From Zygophlyctis sp. KS116 (taxonomy: Eukaryota; Fungi; Chytridiomycota): 32,000 nucleotides of DNA. The stretch covers positions 15,111 through 47,110 of the forward strand of contig BAAFSQ010000063.1 of the NCBI GenBank assembly GCA_054661495.1. Reading direction: 5' to 3'. The translations under genes and the position numbers were made by a program. Positions 24,381 to 32,000 of the stretch are shown piece after piece. Numbering within the stretch: the stretch's first letter is position 1; each line of letters starts with the position of its first letter. Below the pieces are notes generated by a model. The model worked only from the letters and a program-made list of their open reading frames with translations, searched no databases and had not been told where the DNA came from.

Positions 24381-25121
24381 CATTAAAGTAGTCTTTGCAA
24401 TATTTTCAAGACTTAATGCTCGAATCAGTGCAGCTTCTAATCGCACATAAAAGACTTTGATTGACCGTTTTTGAATGTCTCTTTTAAAGAAAATCGGAGA
24501 ATGCCTAGAAGCCACATTATTTATCACTAGCCTCCACCCAAAGATTAACTTGTCTTTAGTAGAAGCAGTTGGGTTATTTTTACTGAAATCAATTAGATAT
24601 TCTACCAACTGTTTCTGCAAGATTTTTTCATCTGATCTTTTTCGAATTCTAATAGTTCCCAGTCTTGAAGTAATTGCTTTTCCTGTACGCTTTAGAAACC
24701 CAGATACTTTTTTAAAAAGAGCATCTCTATTACTAGCAGCATCTGGATTTTGAATAAATCTCTTTGATTTTATAGTTGGATTGGTCAATATCCAAATAAC
24801 AACAGGCTTATACAGGTACAGCACCTCGTTAGCTATCTGAATCAACTCTGATCGGGCTGATTTGAATGCTGATAGAGACATTCCGATTTGTGAATTCATA
24901 AACATTTTCCCAGAATCTGCAAACTGAGGATTAGATTTTATTACTTTCTCATAAGCAGTCTGATCAATGGCATTTTGAACCTCTGTCTTTATAGTATCAA
25001 GCAGTCTTTCCAGAATTCCAGTCTTTTCCAAGGCATTCACCTGTACATTTTCAATCAGGTCTGCCAAAGACATTGATACAAGCAATGAAAGGAAGATGTA
25101 CATAAGAAGACGATTGGACAT
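24372..25121 (-). CDS. Secreted hypothetical protein with KR dibasic sites
   Basis: 249-aa single ORF with signal peptide MSNRLLMYIFLSLLVSMSLA; helical and basic. Confidence 0.7.
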   Translation of the reverse strand: MSNRLLMYIFLSLLVSMSLADLIENVQVNALEKTGILERLLDTIKTEVQNAIDQTAYEKVIKSNPQFADSGKMFMNSQIGMSLSAFKSARSELIQIANEVLYLYKPVVIWILTNPTIKSKRFIQNPDAASNRDALFKKVSGFLKRTGKAITSRLGTIRIRKRSDEKILQKQLVEYLIDFSKNNPTASTKDKLIFGWRLVINNVASRHSPIFFKRDIQKRSIKVFYVRLEAALIRALSLENIAKTTLMLE

Positions 25122-25375
25122 ATTTAATTTTTAATCACCCTTACGTTTCAGAACTGAGATTTGTAATAGCGGCAATATTAGGCGTTCTCAAAGCCGCAAT
25201 CCATGTTGAATTGGAAATCTAATAGATTATTTTAGTACGTAGAGAGTACTTGTTGACCTGTTATGTCCGAAAGGATCGCCCAGGGGTTTCGACGCAATAA
25301 AGGCGATTACCCACCATCTAATTATCTATTGAAAACGTAAGATCTTTAAACATTTTATTGTTTTAATCAGATTCA

Positions 25376-28300
25376 TTATATGTCCATGTAATCCATAGTT
25401 TTAGCTATTGAACTTGTACTCTGTTCCATTTCAACATTTCCAAAAGTGTCTTCCAGGAAGCTACTAGAGCTGCGTGTCTCTTGTAAGAAGGAAGAGAATT
25501 TAGAATTATCCAATTTAGATAGAATGAAACATGTTCGAGCTGCAGCACGTGCTAGTTCTTTGCTTCTTTCAATTTCTAATTTTACAGCATTTGCCTTTTG
25601 TTTGAACAATAATGTTTCCTTTAGAGGAGCGATTAATTCTTCCAGTCTATAAGAAAGTAAAGTAGGACTTGTACGAGCTAATTGTTGAAGTATCATAAAG
25701 TTGACTGTCTTGATCTCATGAGAGTCATCTGAGATTCCTTTAATGACATGGTCTAAAAGAGTCTTGACATCAATTGTAGAGATGTAGGATTCAATCAAAG
25801 CATAGAGACAATCATAAGCAGTCTATATATAAGACTTTTTTGTTTTACCTTTCTGGACTCTAAACCGTTATCAACCTTGTGCTTAAAAGGTCCCATTTCA
25901 ACATAACTAATGTGACTTTCCTAAAACATGAGTTCTTGAAATATTACGTTGACAACCGTTGCTTGATAAATTAAAGGAAGAAGCTCCTCTAATAAGGGTT
26001 CAATCAAACTGGGTTTATGATGAACAGCAGATATGACCATTGAAAGCGCAGCCTTTTGTACAGACTTTTTAATTACATAAAATAATTAGTACCTGGTCAG
26101 AATCGCCGATAGCAAATATAAAATCTCGTAAAAGAGGAGCCAGGATTATATCAAATTCATTGTGTTGGTTTGATAGATCAGTGAAAGTATGTCTCAGGCA
26201 AATTAAAGCAGTTGACCTAGTGTTCGAATTTCCAGAGTTTAGCTGTAATCTGAGCAGAGGTAAATAAGCTCGTGGATCAAACTGTGATAATCTACTCAAA
26301 CATTCAGCAATAGCATTCCGAATAGTTTCTTGCTGAACCGCTTCGGTATTCAGAAATAGAATATTCCAAATATCTGTTGCAATGTGTTTAAGATGTGCAG
26401 ATGCTGAATTTATCGACAGTCTTACGATCACCTCTTTCAGCGTGATAAACAGTAAAAACTTCTGATCAATATTTTTTTGAATTAAGTCAATAATTTTCGG
26501 AAGGCTCTTTTCAACGTTTCCAAATGATATACTCCCCAAAGCAAATGCCGCAGCGAATTTAACTTCCTCTGTTGTCTCAGATTTAAAGACGCTGAATACA
26601 TCTTCAAATAGTGAAGAAAACTCAATTGAAAGATCGCTTAAGTTAGAATAATGAATATTACATTAGAGATCCAATCTCCCCTAGTGTCAGAAGAATAAAA
26701 TGTTTCTGCGCCGCCGACACATCAGAAATCATGTTGATTTTAATTGCGCAATAGCTTAATGCATTTTGTTTTCCCGCATTGAAGCAGATGTCAGCAATAC
26801 ATTTAGATGCTATTATGTGCGACTATTTGTTCATGTATAACCAAATTTACCGTTTTAGAGTATTTTTCCTCATGCATAATTTTATCCAGGGCATTTAAGC
26901 AGAAGTCTACTTCTACTGGACCACTACTGACAGTGAGAGCATTCCAAAATTCTTTTAAAGTATCCAGATTCAGCAAATGAGGATTAAATTCAATAGAATT
27001 TATAATTTTAGGCACATAGTCTGACTTGATGTAGTTCATTGCCAAAGCCCTGGGGCTTGAAACTCTTATGATAATAGTTACAACAGATAATGCTAGCGTG
27101 AATATTTGAATATCCATTTCCTCCAATAAATGTCTTAGATCGCTCAACATTTTTAAAGGGTCTATAATCGTGTTGTATCTTTTTAACAGAGAGAGGCAAC
27201 ATTGAAGAGATTGTATCAATAATGGACGATGAGATTTTCTAAAAAATGTTGAAATTTCATCTAATATGGCCGACAAATCCGCTGAAAAATCTACATGACT
27301 TTGATCTAGGCTTATTGATACTTCCTTAATGAATACTAACGCTGATATTCGATAAGATTCGTTATGCAATCGATTCAAAATAAAAGGTAGGAGTTCTTGA
27401 CTTACTGAATCCGATGGAATTATATCCGTAGCATGACATAAAACTGTACTTAGACAGGATATCGCTATCATTTGTTTGAAAAATATTACCTTGTTCACGT
27501 ACGGCCAAATCTGCCTCTACATCAGTGCTCTTTTTAAGAACAAATGCATATATATTTTTTAAATGCTCAGCAACACTTGAATCTATCTGGCAGACGCCCA
27601 CTACGGGTCGCACAACCTTTATGATCAATTTGATTACAATCAAAGCCTCTAAATATTAGATATCAATTTACCTTTAGCGTTATTACTAAACTTATCATTT
27701 GCGGCCTCTAACAGAAATTGAAGAAGTTTTTTTAGATGAGGAAGTAAACTTGCAGATGAGAATGATTGAAAGAGAGACTTCATAAATTCTAACATTTCAT
27801 ATCTTAAATTTGAACTAGATCCAATCGAAGAATTTAAGGATGCTTCAAAATAGGTAATAATCTTATCCATTTCAGGTTCTAAAGCGCCAGGAATAACATT
27901 TGCGATTTCCTTCAAAAGACAATAATTAAATACAGCAGTCTCAGATAATTTCTGTTGAAACTGTCGTTGAATCTGTTTACATAATTTAGGCACATAACTG
28001 ATCAGCTGGTCTCTTGTACTATACATTATTTCTGATTACTATATTACTCGCCAAAAGGCCCAGCATCTCGAACATCATATCTCATTTTCTTCACTTCCCG
28101 GCTAATATTCAATTTTTTGGAGATTCCCTTATTGTTTACATTAGCCAAGACACAAGTCTGTTTTACCAGTGCTGTAAAAGCCAAAATAATTTCCACTCTG
28201 ACAGATTCTATTCTTTCTTTGAATCGATTCAGCAGAATAGGCGCTGCTTTAACATAAAATTCACTCAAGTATTCTTTTCGTGTTGAAAATAGAGAAATTA

Positions 28301-29492
28301 GCAATCGCGCAGCTGCTTTTCTGGTTTTCCAGCTCATATCATCCTCATCAGAATATCCCTCTTCCTTTTTTTTAACTCTAAAATTTATACATCTTCCTCT
28401 TGTTCAGTATCCTCAGTAATTCCTTGATCATCATCTAAATCCATCCCATTTTCTTCATCTTCCTCATCTTGATAATTTGGATCATAAGCTACACAATACA
28501 AGCTTGTTTCCAAAATATCCAAAAGATGTGTACTTACTTCTGAAGGACATTGAAGAGTCCAAAATTCAATAGTCTAAATTATAAATCTATAAAATAATAC
28601 CTGTAAACAATACTCAGATATTTCATCATCATCATTATCCTTTCTCAATTTCAGAATTAAATCTATCCAATCGTGAAGAAAAGGCCCAATCCTTGATCCC
28701 GATGACTTACTAATCCCAGCTAATCCATACACAAATGTTTTAATAATTTCCAAATTTGAAGAATCCACTAGCACATTTCTAATATTATCTATAAGAGTTT
28801 TAAAAGCACTATCTGACAAATGACAACTTAGATTAGCTAATGCACCACAAGCTCTCTTTTTAACCGCTTGCCTTGGATGACTTTCAATCAGTGTCCATAA
28901 AGCCCCTTGACATCCTGCCAATTGCGTTTCAGCCAATTCTTCAATCTGTGAAAAACTGGAAAGAATTTTAGATAAAATATCCAATGCATCTAAGATCTGA
29001 TCTACTGAAGAATTTTTCTACTTATTATTCAAAATTATGATACATTTCCCAATAAAACTACCAGTCTAGGAAAAACACGTTTCATATAACTAGAAAAAGA
29101 CTGTGAACATTCCAATATTATCGTCTTTAAAGCTATTCCAGCAACCACACCTTCACTACTAGAATCTGCAATCATTTCCAAAAGCCGATCAAGTACTTCT
29201 AATGCGTACTCGTCGTTTAACTTTGTAAATAAAACACTTATACTACAATTGAGTAAAGATTCCTACCATTTAATTGCAACATTTTGGACAGAGGAATTTT
29301 TATCACTCAAGCATTTTACAACAGCCGTTAAACATTTTTTCTGCAAATGATTATCCAAATTATTCCTTGATAAATCATTGATCAGATCATTTAACGCCAT
29401 AAATCTAAAGTCTGCGTCTGCAGATGACATCTACCAATTAAAAAGGGAAATTATGCCTTGTCTAGCAACTGTGAAAGATGATATCCACTCAT
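25376..29492 (-). CDS. CAND1: Cullin-associated NEDD8-dissociated protein 1 (TIP120), many exons; first intron GC-AG 29431-29456
   Basis: LLDKMSSADADFRFMALNDL, YDPNY, YSDEDDMSWKTRKAAA, RFKERIESVR, LTLGEIG, AAAFALG and VEMGPFKHKVDNGLE.RK.AY. Confidence 0.93.
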
Positions 29493-29584
29493 TTCAGTTT
29501 AGTCTTGAACCCTTCCCGGTGCCACATGAATGAAGTTGGCCGCTCATCTATTTTTAGTTCCAGCGGCAACTATTCTGATTGAAA

Positions 29585-30218
29585 ATGATTTTCTATTCAT
29601 TGCTCCTAGTTTTTGGCATTCATCGATGCATTGCTAAACCACTTGTATTTCCATCTGATGAGTTTAGATCCAAGGCTTTAAATCTTATTGAAGACTGTAA
29701 GTACTTTATTACTCATTCTAGACCAAAATATTGACTCTCCAGATGAATTTGTTACTAATGCTATTCTAAATATTCAAAGTGTAGCTTTAAATGGACCAAT
29801 GGATCCAGATGCATTAGATATTTGGCTTGACAGACTAGATCAAAGTATTAACCGGGCTGATAAGGCTGATAAGTATTCTAGTCTTAAATCTGAAGCCAAT
29901 GCTTTAAAAGGATTAGATCCTATAACTGGATCTACTATTGTTGATAATCCTGGAGAAGGAAATGGTAAAATTCAAGGAGGCACATCTGCTCAAGGAACAC
30001 CTGTTCAAGGATCACCAACACCTGTAATCCCATCAACAACAGTAACAGCAATTACCCCCACAACTAATATAGTAACCGCTTCACAAAATGTCTCAAAAAC
30101 AACATCTGCAATAGTAACAGGAAAACCTAGGGGACTCCCTTTCCAACCTCAATCCGCAGGTTCAAGTACAATATTCGATTTTGGGCTATGTAGCATTATA
30201 TTTATTTTATTCTTTTAA
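29585..30218 (+). CDS. Putative GPI-anchored cell-surface protein; intron 29697-29721
   Basis: Signal peptide MIFYSLLLVFGIHRCIA, small helical domain, Thr/Pro-rich stalk, and SAGSS followed by a hydrophobic C-terminus. Confidence 0.75.
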
Positions 30219-30223
30219 AACAG

Positions 30224-30817
30224 TTAATCAGATCCTTTAAGAAATAGTAATAATTGAGCACCTTCTGAACAATTTCCATGATTACCTTTGGACCATATAT
30301 TTTTAATACCCGTAGAGTCTGGACATAAATTTGTTGGAGAAAATGGAGGAGTTGGTAATAGTCCAAATTCACTTTTTTTAATTATCCTTGTTCCATCAAA
30401 GGTACAAGGATGAACCAATTCCACTTTAGCAGCAAATTTCCCAATTAAATTAGATAGATCCATCCCCGACTTTTTTATCAATTGGAATAAGCGTTGTCTT
30501 GTCTTTCTAACAATCTAATATTATGATTGCATTCATACCTTTTCCATTCCATGTCTGGAAATCTTTCTAGTCTCTAGTTTTCGTACACAAGCGAATTGAT
30601 CGTATTTTCTTCTATTGTATTGATCTACCTTGAGATCATGATGAATGTTTGAAACAAAATCTGTTGGGGATGTACAAACTGAAAACGATGACATAAGTCT
30701 ATTTGTAGGGTTATAGGACCGGTTTAAATCTTGGTTAATACATGACTGATGTGAATATGGATGAAATACAGGGCTAATCAAGACAGGGTCTGTTTGCATT
30801 CCTTTTTCATGAAGCAT
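30224..30817 (-). CDS. Hypothetical protein; intron 30515-30538
   Basis: A 24-nt GT-AG intron joins the two ORFs in frame; contains LPTPPFSP. No family recognised. Confidence 0.55.
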
Positions 30818-30920
30818 TTTGACTCGAGTATTTTTAATTTCAGCAGACAATGGCTCCGACTTACGGAAATTAGACCGCTGGACAATCAACCAGATTAGGA
30901 GCTGGGATGGGGTGACAAGG

Positions 30921-30963
30921 TGAAAAGAAAATTTGAAAAAAGAAAATTTGAAAAAGAAAATTT
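30921..30963. repeat. About 15-nt tandem repeat (TGAAAA[A]AGAAAATT) x3 in a divergent promoter
   Basis: Read directly from the sequence. Confidence 0.8.
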
Positions 30964-30996
30964 TTAAATCGCTAGAAAAATTTGTTGGAAATAAAA

Positions 30997-31860
30997 ATGA
31001 AATCTGCAATCATCGTCTCAATGCTCCTGTCGCTTGTCCTCTCTGCAAACCAGTATGATCAGAAATATGATCAGTCAGTTGTGCGTCATGTCGACGGATT
31101 GGTTAAAGCAATGCAATTTGAATTCTCAAAAGTTTTGGATGATCAGTTTGATCAAGGTCAGAATGCAGCTTCAACAGAATCTGAAAAGAAACCTCTAGGA
31201 AACTCTAAGCATTGGATGGGTGGCTATGGCGGATATGGAATGGGTGGCTATGGTGGATATGGAATGGGTGGCTATGGTGGATATGGCGGATACGGTATGG
31301 GTGGTATGTATGGAATGGGTGGTATGTACCCTTACTATGGATATGGTGGAATGTACCCTTATTATGGATATGGTGGAATGGATGGAAACCCTTGGTCAAT
31401 GTGGAAAAGATCAATGGATTCTTCTTCTGATGAGGATACATTGAAACAACAGATCAAGGCCGAATTTAACAGTCAAGTGCTTAAACCATTCAGAAGTGGT
31501 GCATTGAAGATTGTTCAAGAAGAAACTAATGTTGTTGAATCCAGAAATAGTATGAATAAGCGTGATGGGGGTGTAACAGAAGCTGCAAAATCAGCTGGCA
31601 AATCAGTTGTAGAGTCTACAAGATCATACTTTTCAAAAATAGGATCAGTCCTCAAGGCATCTTTTGTATCAATAAAGGAAAAATTGCAAAATCTTTTCAA
31701 ATATCTCATGGAATCTGTCGTTAAATTCAAGGAAAATGGTTTACTCTCAAAGGTGTTTACTAAAAAGGGTGCATTAGTTGTAGGGGGAGTTCTTAGCTTG
31801 GGAGCAATCATATTCTTTTTCAGAAAACTTTTTACTAAAAATAATGAAGAACTCGATTAA
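30997..31860 (+). CDS. Secretory precursor with Gly/Tyr/Met-rich repeat, KR sites and C-terminal TM anchor
   Basis: Signal peptide MKSAIIVSMLLSLVLSA; (MGGYGGYG)x3 and (GGMYPYYGY)x2; MWKR and MNKR; TM ALVVGGVLSLGAIIFFF followed by RK. Confidence 0.85.
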   Translation: MKSAIIVSMLLSLVLSANQYDQKYDQSVVRHVDGLVKAMQFEFSKVLDDQFDQGQNAASTESEKKPLGNSKHWMGGYGGYGMGGYGGYGMGGYGGYGGYGMGGMYGMGGMYPYYGYGGMYPYYGYGGMDGNPWSMWKRSMDSSSDEDTLKQQIKAEFNSQVLKPFRSGALKIVQEETNVVESRNSMNKRDGGVTEAAKSAGKSVVESTRSYFSKIGSVLKASFVSIKEKLQNLFKYLMESVVKFKENGLLSKVFTKKGALVVGGVLSLGAIIFFFRKLFTKNNEELD

Positions 31861-32000
31861 ATTTAATAAATTTAATTTTTCAATTTGCATTTTTCTAATT
31901 TTAATCTCAATTATATAATTGTTTACAAATTAACAATAATTTATTCACTCAACTACATTAAATATCTGCATGATGTAATATCGCCTTGTTGACTTACTTT

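Noticed and set aside
25258-25292. Hammerhead ribozyme (GTCCGAAAGGA resembles stem II)
   Set aside because: The core CUGANGA reads CTGTTAT and the GAAA after stem II is missing on this strand.
30480-30590. bHLH-like basic region in the 30224-30817 protein
   Set aside because: It lacks the conserved ExxRR and a recognisable second helix.
31205-31444. His-rich antisense ORF and Trp-rich or Met-rich alternate-frame ORFs; CRISPR-like periodicity
   Set aside because: These are shadows of the Gly/Tyr coding repeat. The units are contiguous with no unique spacers.

Overview
This is AT-rich eukaryotic nuclear DNA, extremely gene-dense (about 23 genes in 32 kb). The many fragmented ORFs are exons split by tiny (mostly 24-32 nt) GT-AG introns. 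Fungal-type genes (Pet127, AP-1-like bZIP) alongside flagellar/ciliary genes (enkurin, BBS5) point to a compact-genome zoosporic fungus (chytrid-like; inference). Recognisable genes: cullin-4 (3' part), TBCD, a lysophospholipid acyltransferase, Pet127, succinyl-CoA ligase beta, two CBS-domain paralogs, a DUF4203/TM7S3-like membrane protein, enkurin, a TMEM68/DGAT2-like protein, ERCC8/CSA, a MYND-finger protein, GDP-L-fucose synthase, an egghead-like GT2, BBS5, CAND1, and several secreted/GPI orphans. The most striking structure is 10.5-18.6 kb. Two oppositely oriented CBS paralogs share near-identical 454-bp and 326-bp arms around a divergent middle (gene conversion or an invertible 6-kb segment). 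Between them, a decayed atypical-kinase gene sits between ~270-bp direct repeats that duplicate a bidirectional promoter. All exon structures and alignments were worked out by eye, and family assignments come from motif recognition, not database searches.
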